This document shows, one piece after another, positions 9,421 to 19,731 of a stretch of 64,000 bases of DNA. The notes beneath the pieces are model-generated. The model made no database searches. It saw only the letters and a program-made list of their open reading frames with translations, and was not told the origin of the DNA. Each line of letters starts with the position of its first letter. Position 1 is the stretch's first letter. Source of the DNA: Planctomycetota bacterium (GTDB lineage: Bacteria; Planctomycetota; JAJSAM01; JAJVHW01); assembly GCA_965248445.1 (NCBI GenBank), contig CBDFJG010000004.1, positions 384,001 through 448,000 on the forward strand, written 5' to 3'. Both the position numbers and the translations under genes were made by a program.

Positions 9421-11994
9421 TCAGTCGAATTCGGCCCGCACGGTCTCGCCGTCCTCGACCTCCACCACTCGCCGCTCCCGGTCGGCACCCTCCCGCTGGA
9501 CCGTCACGGTGACCCTGCCCGCCGGGACTCCTTCCAGCCGCAGCGCGCTGCGGCCCTCCTCTAGACGGAAGCGGGCGTTCTGGAAGTCCCCCCCCTCGGC
9601 CCAGGCGTAGCACGCGGACCCATCCGCGCGTTCCAGTCCGACGATCACGCCGTCACCAGGCGGGCTCTCGAACTGCACGTCCAGTGCGCCGTGCGCCGGG
9701 ATGCGCAGCTCCAGCAGCTCGTCTGAGTCGTCGGGCAGGCGAAAACGCGCTTCGACGGCCGGCACCCCGATCCTCATGACGCGTGCTCGCCACTCGCCGG
9801 CCTCGAGACCGATCAGTCGCGCCCTGCCGTCCTCCCCGGTGACGAAGTTCTGTGGCACGCCGCCGGATACACGGCGCGCGCGAATGAGCTGTCCGCTCAC
9901 CGGATCGCCGGCCGACGTCAGGACGACCGCGTGTAGCAAGCTCCGCTGCGTGAGTTCGACGGTCACCGGTGGCCGTTCTCCGTCCGGCACATCCAGCTCT
10001 TCGATGCGCCCACCGTAGAGTCCGGCGCGAACCGAGACCTCGTACCGGCCGCGACGCACGACGCGGAATCGTGCTCGCCGTTGGTCGTCGTCCACCGCCA
10101 CGTCCTCGCGTCGCACGTCTGCCGCTGGGTCCGCGAGCGATCGCAGGAGCACGATCGCCGGCACCGGCTCGACGCCTGCGGGGAAGACGACGTCCACGAG
10201 GAGACTCGCGGGCCGCGACGCCCTGAGCACGACACTCTCGTCGCCTGCGTCGATCGTCGTGCTGAGCACTTCGTACCCGCGGACGTTGGCGAATATCGTG
10301 TACTTGCCGGCCGGCAGCTCCGCGATGCGGAACGTACCGTCGGATTCGATCTCCACGGTGCGCTCCAGGCGATCGAAGCCTGCGCCGCTCCACCCGCGCG
10401 CCGTGACGACGCCCGGACGGACGACACGCTCGCCCGCGACGTCGACGACGTGTCCTGCAATTGGCCGCCCCGGCGCGAGCCGGATGTCAAAGAGCAAGTC
10501 GCCACTTGCGCCGAACTCACGCACGAACCTCGTGCCCTCAATCTCGAAGGTGGCCTCGCCGCTGACGCCGGCCGGGAGACGGTGGCTCTCGAACTCCCCG
10601 GCCGCGCTTGTCACCGCCAGGCGAGCGGTCGGCACCCCCAGCGCGAGGGCCTCGTGATCCGTGAGCCCTGCTGCCGTCCACCTCATGTCGACCGGCACGT
10701 GCACAACGTGAGCGCCGGATGCACGTTGCACGACTCCGCGCACAGACCGCTCCCCCGCCAGCACCAGCTCCACATCGTCCAGGTCGGCCTCGACGGTCAC
10801 GCCCGCGGAGTAGCCGAGACCGCGGCGATGGGCGGCGATGACCGGGTGAGACTCCGCGTCGACCCACGGCTCGGGCAGCCACGACAGATCGAAGCGCCCG
10901 TCCGCGTCGGTGAGCGGTCCGACCATCCGCTCGATGGACCGGCCCTCGTTTCGCGCGGCGGCGTGGATCCGCGCGTCGGCCACCGGCGCGCCGTGCTCGT
11001 CGACGACCCGCCCGGTGACGCGTCGCGGCGCGACGACTCGCACGTCGACGTCCCCCGCCACGGGCAGCCGCACCGAACGCCAGCCGAATCCCTCGGCGAA
11101 CGCGCCGACCCGACCGAACCGCGGCGCGACGAGTTCGAAGTGGCCGTTCTCGTCGGTCACCGTGTGCAGCCACGGCTGCAGCATGTGGATGACGACGGCG
11201 CCCGCGACGCGTCGCTCGGTGCGCGCGTCGACGACCGTGCCACGGATCGGCTCGTAGTGCGGCGCGACGATGTCGACGCTGCTCTGGTCGCGCGGCACGA
11301 ACGCGAGGAGCGCTGCCAGACTCGGCCGCCGGCCGAAGATGGAGACCGGCCCCATGGGCACGCTGGCTTGGAACCGGCCGTCCTCGTCCGTCACTGCCTC
11401 CGCGAAGAACCCGAGGGTCTCTATGAGCAGCGTCTCGCCGGCGAGAGGCGGGCCGTCGACGGCGTTCCTCAAGCTGCCGACAAGGTCGAAGCTCGGCAAA
11501 ACTCCGAGCTCCAAGTGTCCGTCCTGAAGTTGGACGATGCCGGGGACACGCGATGCAGCGCCCCCGTACACGGGCGCGTGTCTGGCGGCGGTCGCGCGTA
11601 GCACCCAACCGGTCGCCGGGCCCGGTCCGACGCGGAACCGACCCTCGGCGTCCGCGACCGTGCTGGCAACCGGAACGAGAGGGAGGCCGTAGTGCGGCGC
11701 CGATGCGAACAGCTCGACCGTCGCTCCGGCCGCGGGACGAATCGCGGGTTGCCCAGCGACGGCCGGCGGATCGGCCGTCTCGCCTCCCCCCTGCAACAGT
11801 TGGACCGTACCGGTGCGATATGAGTCGAACTCCGACGGATCGAAGACGCGCTCCCACTCCGCGGTCCCGAGCACCCCCGGATCCACGGTCGCGGTGAGCG
11901 GGCGAGGCTCGCCGCTGCAGCCGGCGGCAGCAGCCACCACGGCGAGGACGAACGGAATCGCGATCCGGTGCGGGCGCGCACGGTCTGGACGCAT
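9421..11994 (-). CDS. Lipoprotein with repeated carboxypeptidase-regulatory-like (Cna-B type) domains
   Basis: Lipobox AAAAGC; repeated G-x-VVD...PVA-x-A-x-I...TD-x-DGRF modules. Confidence 0.8.
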   Translation of the reverse strand: MRPDRARPHRIAIPFVLAVVAAAAGCSGEPRPLTATVDPGVLGTAEWERVFDPSEFDSYRTGTVQLLQGGGETADPPAVAGQPAIRPAAGATVELFASAPHYGLPLVPVASTVADAEGRFRVGPGPATGWVLRATAARHAPVYGGAASRVPGIVQLQDGHLELGVLPSFDLVGSLRNAVDGPPLAGETLLIETLGFFAEAVTDEDGRFQASVPMGPVSIFGRRPSLAALLAFVPRDQSSVDIVAPHYEPIRGTVVDARTERRVAGAVVIHMLQPWLHTVTDENGHFELVAPRFGRVGAFAEGFGWRSVRLPVAGDVDVRVVAPRRVTGRVVDEHGAPVADARIHAAARNEGRSIERMVGPLTDADGRFDLSWLPEPWVDAESHPVIAAHRRGLGYSAGVTVEADLDDVELVLAGERSVRGVVQRASGAHVVHVPVDMRWTAAGLTDHEALALGVPTARLAVTSAAGEFESHRLPAGVSGEATFEIEGTRFVREFGASGDLLFDIRLAPGRPIAGHVVDVAGERVVRPGVVTARGWSGAGFDRLERTVEIESDGTFRIAELPAGKYTIFANVRGYEVLSTTIDAGDESVVLRASRPASLLVDVVFPAGVEPVPAIVLLRSLADPAADVRREDVAVDDDQRRARFRVVRRGRYEVSVRAGLYGGRIEELDVPDGERPPVTVELTQRSLLHAVVLTSAGDPVSGQLIRARRVSGGVPQNFVTGEDGRARLIGLEAGEWRARVMRIGVPAVEARFRLPDDSDELLELRIPAHGALDVQFESPPGDGVIVGLERADGSACYAWAEGGDFQNARFRLEEGRSALRLEGVPAGRVTVTVQREGADRERRVVEVEDGETVRAEFD

Positions 11995-12068
11995 GGCAGG
12001 CGAGACTCCTCCATCCCCACCTGTGCCCGACACCGGTGGTTGGACGAGCGAAGGAGTTCGAAGGCGCA

Positions 12069-14018
12069 TCACTCTTCGGGGTCCCGCGTGATCTCGAACC
12101 GCTTGATTTTCGCGTCGAGCGTGGGTCGAGAGACCTCCAGGAGGCGGGCGGCCTCGGCCTTCTTCCATCCGGCCCGGCGCAGAGCGGCCAGCACCGACCG
12201 CCGCTCGACGAGATCCACCGCCTCCTGGACGACTTCCCGCAACGGCCGCACTCCGGCCGACGCCGCAGCAACCGGCACGCTGACGTCACGGACCCCGGCG
12301 GAGAGCACCTCGGGGATGATCACGTTCCCGGAGAGCGCGACGGCGCGCAGGACCTCGTTGCGCAGCTGCCGAACGTTGCCCGGCCAGGCGTACCCGACCA
12401 GAAAGGCCAGCGCGTCGTCCGTGATCGTCTTGGGACCGTGGTCGCCCGCCTGCTGAGCGAGGAAGTGAATGACGAGATCCGGGATGTCCTCCGGCCGGTC
12501 GCGGAGAGGTGGGAGCCGCACCTCGAGAACGTGAATACGGTAGTACAGGTCGCGCCGGAACGTGCCGTCTTCCACCATGCCCGCCAGGTCGCGGTGCGTC
12601 GCGGAGAGCACGCGCACGTCCACGGTGACGGTGTCCTTGCCACCGACGGGCCGCAGCTCCCCCGTTTCGAGCACACGCAGGAGTTTCACCTGCGTCGCGA
12701 GCGGAAGGTCGCCGATCTCGTCGAGGAAGAGGGTCCCGCGATCCGCCAGTTCGAACAGACCGGTGCGCTCGCGGTCCGCCCCGGTGAACGCACCGCGAAC
12801 GTGCCCGAACAGAGCGCTCTCGAGAAGTGACTCGGGGATGGCGGCGCAGTTCTCGGTGACGAACGACTCCGCCGCGCGCGGTCCGTTCACGTGAATCGCA
12901 CGGGCGACCAGCTCCTTACCCGTGCCGCTCTCGCCGAGGATCAGCACGGGCATCGACGTGTCGGTGACGTGATCCACAAGGCGCAGCACCTCGCGCATGG
13001 CCGCCGAGCGTCCAACGATGTTCTCGTACTCGTACTTGAGCGGCCGGTCGCCGCGATCGCGCAGCAGAGTCCGCACCTCATCGAGCTCCCGCTGCTGACG
13101 ATCGACCCTCTCCTCGAGAAGACGGTTCAGCTCCTCGATGCGCTCGTGACTCCGTTCGAGTTCCGCCGTGCGCTCGCGCAGCTCCGCCACGAGTCGCATG
13201 TCCTCGAGCGCAACAGCGGCCTGGTCGGCGAATGCGGCGACGTACCCGACGTCGCTGTGCTGGAACGTGCCCTCCTCGAAGCGGTGGTCGACGTACAGGA
13301 AACCGAGGAAGCGTCCGCGCGCCGCGAGCGGCACGCACAGCACCGAGCGCAGCTTCATCCCGGTGACGCTCTTGGACCCGCGCAGCCGCGCGTCCGCCTG
13401 GGCATTCGTCGTGAGCAGTGGCTTGCCGGTGCGGGCCACCTCGTCCGCCACGGCGCGGCTGATCTTGAGACCCGGCCGGCGCACGTTCTCCCGGTCCAGA
13501 GTTCGCGCGGCGACCATCTCGAACTTTGCGTCCTTGCGCAGGATCAGGAAGCCGCGTTCGGCGCCGGTCAGCGAGATCACTTGATCCACGATCAGCGAGA
13601 GCAGCTTCTTGACGTCCGTCTCGCTCGCGAGCGCGCGCAGCGTCGTCGTGAGGCGAGTCAGGTCTTCAGCGGCCGAGCGCGACGACGGCGGCGGTGCGAG
13701 CGCCTTGCTCGCCGCCACGGGCGAACCGGTCTCCTCGGGATCGTCCTCGAACACGATCGTCGCCGGGCCGACCGAGATGCGGTCGCCGTGCTTGAGCCGC
13801 CGCGACATGAAGCTCTTGCCGTTGACCAGGGTCGACCGCGCACCGCCGTCGCGGACGCGCCAGCCGGCCCGGCCTTGCTCGATCGTGCAGTGCTTGGACT
13901 CCACGTTCTTGCCGGTGACGTGGACATCCGATCCGCGGGCCGAGCCGACGCGCACGGGCTTGTCGGTCAGCGCGAGATGCCGCTCGCCGTCGGAACTCTC
14001 AATCACCAGTCGAGGCAC
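12069..14018 (-). CDS. Sigma54-dependent enhancer-binding protein, FHA-GAF-AAA+-Fis HTH
   Basis: GESGTGKE, GAFTGA, FLDEIG, WPGNVRQL; GAF segment LRSVLCVPL; C-terminal HTH. Confidence 0.93.
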   Translation of the reverse strand: MPRLVIESSDGERHLALTDKPVRVGSARGSDVHVTGKNVESKHCTIEQGRAGWRVRDGGARSTLVNGKSFMSRRLKHGDRISVGPATIVFEDDPEETGSPVAASKALAPPPSSRSAAEDLTRLTTTLRALASETDVKKLLSLIVDQVISLTGAERGFLILRKDAKFEMVAARTLDRENVRRPGLKISRAVADEVARTGKPLLTTNAQADARLRGSKSVTGMKLRSVLCVPLAARGRFLGFLYVDHRFEEGTFQHSDVGYVAAFADQAAVALEDMRLVAELRERTAELERSHERIEELNRLLEERVDRQQRELDEVRTLLRDRGDRPLKYEYENIVGRSAAMREVLRLVDHVTDTSMPVLILGESGTGKELVARAIHVNGPRAAESFVTENCAAIPESLLESALFGHVRGAFTGADRERTGLFELADRGTLFLDEIGDLPLATQVKLLRVLETGELRPVGGKDTVTVDVRVLSATHRDLAGMVEDGTFRRDLYYRIHVLEVRLPPLRDRPEDIPDLVIHFLAQQAGDHGPKTITDDALAFLVGYAWPGNVRQLRNEVLRAVALSGNVIIPEVLSAGVRDVSVPVAAASAGVRPLREVVQEAVDLVERRSVLAALRRAGWKKAEAARLLEVSRPTLDAKIKRFEITRDPEE

Positions 14019-14077
14019 GGGCTCAACCCTACCGCGCAGCGCGCGATGCCGTAGTTCGGTGACTGCTGTTGGGGCAG

Positions 14078-14527
14078 CTAGGGCGCGCAGCACGCGTCGC
14101 CGCGGGGCGGCGTCGCGCCCGGCCGGCAGGCGTCCGCCATCGGCAGCGTCGTCCGGAGGTCGTGATTGAGGTGGTAGATCTCCCACTGCACGCCGTCCGG
14201 GTCAGTGGCCCAGAACTTGTTCGAGTTCGCATGGCAGCAGTCGACGCCCATCTCGACGCGGACGGGGAGACCGGCCGCACGCACGCGCTCGAGCTCCCTG
14301 GTCACGATCTGCGGCGCATCGACCTGGATGCCCACGTGGTCGACCGCGGCGGGCCGGTCGCGGCCGTCACCCTCGGTCATTGCCAGGTTCACCGGCCCGA
14401 GCGCCGGCAAGAACTTCACGTAGCCGGGCCTCACCTTGACCGGTGGTTCCCCGAAGAGCGCCTCGTAGAACACCCGGCTCGCCTCGATGTCCCGGACGCG
14501 CAGGTGGATGTGGACGTTGGCTGTCAT
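14078..14527 (-). CDS. arsI: ArsI/CadI-family VOC metalloenzyme (putative C-As lyase)
   Basis: HIHLRV...FYEALFG...PGYVKF...DHVGIQV...CCHA...KFWATDPDG.WE; directly downstream of arsR. Confidence 0.8.
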   Translation of the reverse strand: MTANVHIHLRVRDIEASRVFYEALFGEPPVKVRPGYVKFLPALGPVNLAMTEGDGRDRPAAVDHVGIQVDAPQIVTRELERVRAAGLPVRVEMGVDCCHANSNKFWATDPDGVQWEIYHLNHDLRTTLPMADACRPGATPPRGDACCAP

Positions 14528-14544
14528 GGTCTCTCCGATCGTGT

Positions 14545-14844
14545 TCAGCAACAGGCGGTGAGCAGCCGGACCAGCGGCGTGACCGCATCCCGCCGCACCG
14601 CGTAGTAGACGTGACGCTCTTCTCGGCGGCGCGCGAGCAGCCCGGCCCGCGTGAGCTGATCGAGCTGGTGCGAGAGCGTGGGCGCCGGCACATCCAGTGC
14701 TTCCGCCAGGTCTCCCGCCGCGACGTCTCGCCGCGCTCGCACCAGATGGAAGAACGCCCGCAGCCGTCCCTCGTGGGCGAGCGCCTTGAGCGCGTTCACG
14801 TGAGCGGCGGTGACCCGGGGCGCCGTGCGCCTGAGTTGTTTCAT
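14545..14844 (-). CDS. arsR: ArsR/SmtB repressor with C-terminal CC
   Basis: LKALAHEGRL...PTLSHQL..L..AGL...YY...LLTACC. Confidence 0.88.
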   Translation of the reverse strand: MKQLRRTAPRVTAAHVNALKALAHEGRLRAFFHLVRARRDVAAGDLAEALDVPAPTLSHQLDQLTRAGLLARRREERHVYYAVRRDAVTPLVRLLTACC

Positions 14845-14881
14845 GTTTTCGAACATACGAAATCCTCGCGGGCCGTGTCAA
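14839..14881 (-). promoter_or_regulatory. arsR promoter and operator
   Basis: TTGACA-18-TATGTT-7-ATG. Imperfect palindrome TTTCgtATGTT-cgaa-AACATGAAA over the -10 and start codon. Confidence 0.75.
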
Positions 14882-14896
14882 GGACCTCCCCCAGCG

Positions 14897-15187
14897 TCAT
14901 TCGTGCTTCTGCGACCGATGGTGGCGCAACTCTCCGGCGATGAGACCCGCCGCGCCGGCGCCCGCAATCGCCAGGCTTACGACGATCGGGACCACAACCT
15001 CCCAGCGAACCGTGATCGTGAGGCTCCCGAACTCCCACCTCCGCGGATCGGGATCGTGGGACATGATTGAGGCCAGGACCACGCCGAAGAAGACCGCGCA
15101 ACCGAGGATGATCAGCGCGCCTCCCACGATTCCCGCGACCCCCCAACCGTCGGAACGGACGCGGCGGGGAGGGACCGGGCGCCCCAC
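14897..15187 (-). CDS. Small two-TM membrane protein
   Basis: GTG start 3 nt after the upstream stop; two hydrophobic segments. Confidence 0.6.
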   Translation of the reverse strand: MGRPVPPRRVRSDGWGVAGIVGGALIILGCAVFFGVVLASIMSHDPDPRRWEFGSLTITVRWEVVVPIVVSLAIAGAGAAGLIAGELRHHRSQKHE

Positions 15188-15189
15188 GC

Positions 15190-17439
15190 TCAGCGCCCGG
15201 TCGTGAAGGACCACACCTCTTCGGTGTCGTCGTCGAACCCTCTGCAAACGACGGTGTAGCGCTGCTTCGCCTTCAGGTGCGCCTTGGGCATCAGGCAGTA
15301 GGAGTAGCCCGGCACGAGTTCGGGGTTGGTCGGGTTCATCGGCGACGAGTAGTGGCACGGCACGGCCTTCCCCTCACGGTCGCCCTCGTGCAGCGTCATC
15401 GTGAGATCGGGCTGAACGGTGAGGGCGGCGAGTTGGAGTGTGACGGGATAGCCCCACGTGGACTGGTCCTCGCCCGGCACCGGGTTCGGCAGTTCAGGAA
15501 CGAAGCGCCGCGGGACTCCTAAGGCACCAGCACCCGGGTAGCGCACGCGCGCGAGCTGCGGAAAGCGCCGCACCATGGAGCCGGCATCCAGCACGGCGTA
15601 GCCCTCGTCGAGTCCCAACCCGACACGCAGCAGGCCGGGATCCAGGAGCGGCAGGCGGTGATAGAACGTCCCGATCCAGCCGTCGATCGCCGTCTTCATG
15701 TCGGTCTTGCCCGGGTAGATCACCGACGACAGCCCGGCCCAGCTCCCTTCGGGTGTGAAGCCCTCGCGATCCGGCCACTCCTCGTGCGCGTCCGGCCATG
15801 CGCTCGCCTGCTCCGGGTTCTTCGCGAGATAACGGCCGTGGAGCCGGCAGCCGTGGGACAGCGATTCGTCCGCGAGGAGCGGTGGCATGAATCCGTGCAG
15901 ACTGCGGTCGATCGTCGTCTTCCGGATGTTGTCGAGATGCGTGAGCACGGCCTGCGTGGCCGGGTCGACCTCCTCCTCTGCGCTGCCGCCACCGATCGCC
16001 TGCAGGACACCGGACGGCAACTCCGGTGCGAGGAACCAGCGTTTCCACGCCGCTTCGAACGCGGACAGGTCCATGCCGAGCGCGGCCGAGAACACGTCGG
16101 CGCGCGGCTTCTTGTCAGCCGTCGCGATGATGACGTCGTTCAGCCGGCCGGCATCGTGCAGGTACTCCGCGACGAAGGTCGCCTTCGTCAACTCGTCGCC
16201 TTGCACCTTGCCGAAGTAGTCTACGAACCCGCGCGACCATGCCGGGTCCTCGTCGTGCTCGGCCAGGTACCTGAGCCACGCGCGGGCGCCCTGCAGCCCT
16301 GCGTCCGAGATCCGTAGCATCTCCTCGACCCTGCGCGGCCGATCGAACGTGCGGCCGTCCTCGAGGGATCGCTCGACCCAGACGCTGTCCGGGATCGACG
16401 TGCCGATGTAGGCGCGGCAGACCCAGTTCACGGTGCCCGCCGTCAGCACGCCCTGCACGGTCTTGTTGCTCCACACGACATGACCGACGTAGGCCCACAA
16501 ATCGTGGAACAGGATGGCCTCGAAACTCGCCTCGACGAGCGGCCGCAGCACGCGGCGCTGGCTGCCGAGCGCGGGTGTCGTCTTCCGCTTCGCGCGCTCG
16601 GCCTCCGCCGCGTCGATCTGCCCCGTCTCCTGCATGTACTTCAGCGCACGGAGGTAGACGGGCATGGACGGGAGCCACACGTACTCCACGTCCGGCAGCG
16701 GATCCGGCAGCGCTAGCGGGTGTCCGAGCAGGACGCGCGAGACCGCGAGCGCACGCAGACTCTCGCGCAGCACACGGCGCACCTTCACGACGTCGATTCC
16801 GTACGCGTGGACGCGCACGTTGCCGACTGATACCCGCACGCCTTCCCCGCCGCAGACCTTCATGATCACGGGATGTCGGCTGACGTCCTCGGTGAGGGGT
16901 GTTTCGAGGCGCCGGGCGTCGGCGAGCGCACCGGCGATCTCGTCGTGGCGCGCGAACAGTGGAGCGAGGTCCCCGGGCACCCAGCCGGCGCCGCGACGCA
17001 CGTACGAGAGGGCCTCCCACGCGTCCTCGCGCTCGCCGTCCAGCCGCCGCAGGATGTCCGCGAATCGTGCGCGCTCGTCGCCCTCTGCACCCGTCATCGC
17101 CGTCGCGACGTCGTCGATCGTCCGCTGCAGCAGCCGCTTGACGTCGTTCAGGTTGGGCGACGGCTTCTTGACGCGCTCCACCTTCCGCTGGCCCGCCGCC
17201 AGGAGCTTGTCCGCCTTGCCCTGCGGTTCGCCGAGCTCCACGAGCACGCCGTGCAGGGTGTCGAGGTGGTCGGGGTGGCCCTTGCGCGCAAGTGTGTCCA
17301 GCGCCCGTGTCAGTGAGGAGCGTGCCGGCTTGAGCGGGTCCGCCTCGTCCTGTGCGCGGGCCGACGACACCGAGAGCGCGATACACGCGAGCAATGCGAG
17401 CGCTCGAATGGCGCGTCGTGCGATGAGTCCCATCCCCAT
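15190..17439 (-). CDS. Secreted protein with C-terminal CAP-like domain
   Basis: Signal peptide ending ARA-QD; LSHGCRLHGRYL...AHEE...WIGTFYHRLPLL. Confidence 0.8.
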   Translation of the reverse strand: MGMGLIARRAIRALALLACIALSVSSARAQDEADPLKPARSSLTRALDTLARKGHPDHLDTLHGVLVELGEPQGKADKLLAAGQRKVERVKKPSPNLNDVKRLLQRTIDDVATAMTGAEGDERARFADILRRLDGEREDAWEALSYVRRGAGWVPGDLAPLFARHDEIAGALADARRLETPLTEDVSRHPVIMKVCGGEGVRVSVGNVRVHAYGIDVVKVRRVLRESLRALAVSRVLLGHPLALPDPLPDVEYVWLPSMPVYLRALKYMQETGQIDAAEAERAKRKTTPALGSQRRVLRPLVEASFEAILFHDLWAYVGHVVWSNKTVQGVLTAGTVNWVCRAYIGTSIPDSVWVERSLEDGRTFDRPRRVEEMLRISDAGLQGARAWLRYLAEHDEDPAWSRGFVDYFGKVQGDELTKATFVAEYLHDAGRLNDVIIATADKKPRADVFSAALGMDLSAFEAAWKRWFLAPELPSGVLQAIGGGSAEEEVDPATQAVLTHLDNIRKTTIDRSLHGFMPPLLADESLSHGCRLHGRYLAKNPEQASAWPDAHEEWPDREGFTPEGSWAGLSSVIYPGKTDMKTAIDGWIGTFYHRLPLLDPGLLRVGLGLDEGYAVLDAGSMVRRFPQLARVRYPGAGALGVPRRFVPELPNPVPGEDQSTWGYPVTLQLAALTVQPDLTMTLHEGDREGKAVPCHYSSPMNPTNPELVPGYSYCLMPKAHLKAKQRYTVVCRGFDDDTEEVWSFTTGR

Positions 17440-17462
17440 GGCGCGCAGTCTAACTCGCGGGC

Positions 17463-19700
17463 CTAGGCGTCCCAGATGGGCGTCAGATGTGCGTACTCGA
17501 GGGCGAGCGTCTTCTCACCGCGCCCGGGGAAGAACACGACGACGCGCATGCTGCCTCCGCGGCCGGAGAGACGGCGCACCGTGCCGTCGCCGAAGCTCGG
17601 GTGATGCACGCGCTGCCCCGGCCGGAGCGCCTGGGCCGGGTCCTGGTCGGTGCCGTCGTAGTCCGGCGCCACGTCGGCGTGGAACTCGGATCCGTCCCGC
17701 GGGCGCTTTGCGGGCGCGCCCCACGGCGCGTCGGCATACGGGCTCTCGACAGAAGGCCAGATCGGGGAGAGGCCGCCACCAGCAACGTCGATGGCGTCCG
17801 GATCGAGTTCCATGAGGAAGTCGCTGGCGCCACCGCCGAAACCACCCGTGAGCCGTGCCCGTCGGTCTCTGGCGAAGCTGAGCGTCAATCTGTCCTTGGC
17901 GCGAGTCATCCCCACGAACAACAGGCGCCGCTCCTCTTCGATCCCGTTCTCGTCGTCGGTGCTGCGCGCGTGGGGCAGAAGCTCGCGCTCCACTCCGGCG
18001 ACGTACACGTGACCGAACTCGAGCCCCTTCGCGGAGTGCAGTGTCATCAGCGCTACGCGCGGCATGTCCGGGTCGTATTGGTCGGCATCGGCGACCAGGC
18101 TGACCTGGTGCAGGAAGTCGCGCAGCGTGGATTCGGCGCCGCTCAACGCGTCGTACTCCTCGGCGCCGCCGATCAGTTCGCGCACGTTCTCCACACGGTC
18201 CTGCCAGTCCTCGGGATACGCCTTCTTCAGGTACTCCTCGTAGCGCAGGTGAGTGATCGCATCGCGCACGAGCTCCGCCACCGATCCCGTCACGCCGCAC
18301 TCGAGCGTCGTGAGGAGATGATCGAGGTCGCGCAGCGCCAGCGTCGCCTGCTTGCGGAACTCGCCGGAGTCCGCCGCACCGAGGAGTGCGCGTCTGGCCG
18401 TCCAGCCGTACTCCCGCGCCATCGCCCACATGCGCTCGATCGTCTTTGCGCCGACGCCCCGCCGTGGCGTGGTCAGAACGCGCACCATGCTCTCGCGGTC
18501 CGATGGGTTCGCGAGCACCTTCAGGTACGCGACCAGGTCTTTGACCTCCGCCCGCTGGTAGAACTCGACGCCCTTCACGATCATGTACGGGACACCGCGG
18601 CCGCGCAGTGCGGTCTCGATCGCACGGCTCTGCGCGTTGACGCGGTAGAAGATCGCCATGTCCTTGTAGGGAACGCCCTTCCCGTACGCGCCGAGCACGG
18701 CGTCCGCGAGCGCCAGGCCCTCGGCGTGCTCGTCGGCAGCCCCGATCACGCGCACCTTCTCGCCCTCCTCCCGCGTGGCGACGAGCCGCTTGGCATGGCG
18801 ATCCCGGTTGTGCGCGATCAACGCGTCGGCCGCGCGCAGGACGAACGCCGTGGAGCGGAAGTTCTCCTCGAGTCGCACCACGCGGGCGCCGGGGTAGTTG
18901 CGCTCGAACTCGAGGATGTTGCGCACGTCGGCGTTGCGGAAGGCGTAGATCGACTGGTCCGGATCGCCGGTCGCGCACACGTTCTGCTGCGGCTGCGCGA
19001 GGATCGAGGCCAGCCGGAACTGAACCGGGCTCGTGTCCTGGTACTCGTCGATCAGGACGTGCCGGAAGCGGTCCTGCAGGCGCTCGCGCACTTCGGCGTC
19101 CTCTTCGAGCATCTTCAGCGTGCGGCCGAGCAGATCGTCGAAGTCGACGGCGTTCGACACGGCCAGCGCGTTCTCGTAGGCGCGGTAGACCTCGGCCTGC
19201 TTGCGTTCGAAGTACCCGCCGGCCTCTGCCTCCGCCACGTCAGGCGACGTGCCACCGGTCTTCCAGCGCGAGATGCGCGCGCGCACCTGCGCCGGCTTGA
19301 GGGCGCCCGGTGGCAGCTCCATCTCGCGCAGCACGCCGCGCACGACGCGGCGCTGATCCTGCGTGTCGAAGATCGAGAAGCCCGGCAGCAGACCCGCCCG
19401 AGCGGCGTACCGGCGCAGCAGTGCGGCGCACGTGGCATGGAACGTCTTGATCCACGCGCCGGACGGAGTGCCCGATTCCTCGACGCGGCGCGCCATCTCC
19501 TGCGCCGCCTTGTTGGTGAACGTGATGGCGAGGATGTGCCAGGGCGTGACGCCGCAGCGCACGAGGTGTGCCACGCGGCGCGTGATCACGCGCGTCTTGC
19601 CCGAACCGGGGCCGGCCACGACGAGAAGCGGCCCCTCCCCGTGCGTGACCGCCTCGCGTTGGCTCGGAGTCAGATCCTGCAGCAAGTCGTCATGCGTCAC
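17463..19700 (-). CDS. uvrD: ATP-dependent DNA helicase UvrD/PcrA
   Basis: AGPGSGKT, ITFTNKAA, IDEYQDT, GDPDQSIYAFR, HSAKGLEF, EERRLLFVGMTRA; C-terminal HPSFGDG. Confidence 0.95.
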   Translation of the reverse strand: MTHDDLLQDLTPSQREAVTHGEGPLLVVAGPGSGKTRVITRRVAHLVRCGVTPWHILAITFTNKAAQEMARRVEESGTPSGAWIKTFHATCAALLRRYAARAGLLPGFSIFDTQDQRRVVRGVLREMELPPGALKPAQVRARISRWKTGGTSPDVAEAEAGGYFERKQAEVYRAYENALAVSNAVDFDDLLGRTLKMLEEDAEVRERLQDRFRHVLIDEYQDTSPVQFRLASILAQPQQNVCATGDPDQSIYAFRNADVRNILEFERNYPGARVVRLEENFRSTAFVLRAADALIAHNRDRHAKRLVATREEGEKVRVIGAADEHAEGLALADAVLGAYGKGVPYKDMAIFYRVNAQSRAIETALRGRGVPYMIVKGVEFYQRAEVKDLVAYLKVLANPSDRESMVRVLTTPRRGVGAKTIERMWAMAREYGWTARRALLGAADSGEFRKQATLALRDLDHLLTTLECGVTGSVAELVRDAITHLRYEEYLKKAYPEDWQDRVENVRELIGGAEEYDALSGAESTLRDFLHQVSLVADADQYDPDMPRVALMTLHSAKGLEFGHVYVAGVERELLPHARSTDDENGIEEERRLLFVGMTRAKDRLTLSFARDRRARLTGGFGGGASDFLMELDPDAIDVAGGGLSPIWPSVESPYADAPWGAPAKRPRDGSEFHADVAPDYDGTDQDPAQALRPGQRVHHPSFGDGTVRRLSGRGGSMRVVVFFPGRGEKTLALEYAHLTPIWDA

Positions 19701-19731
19701 GGACCGCACATTCCAGCACGATCGCCGGACG

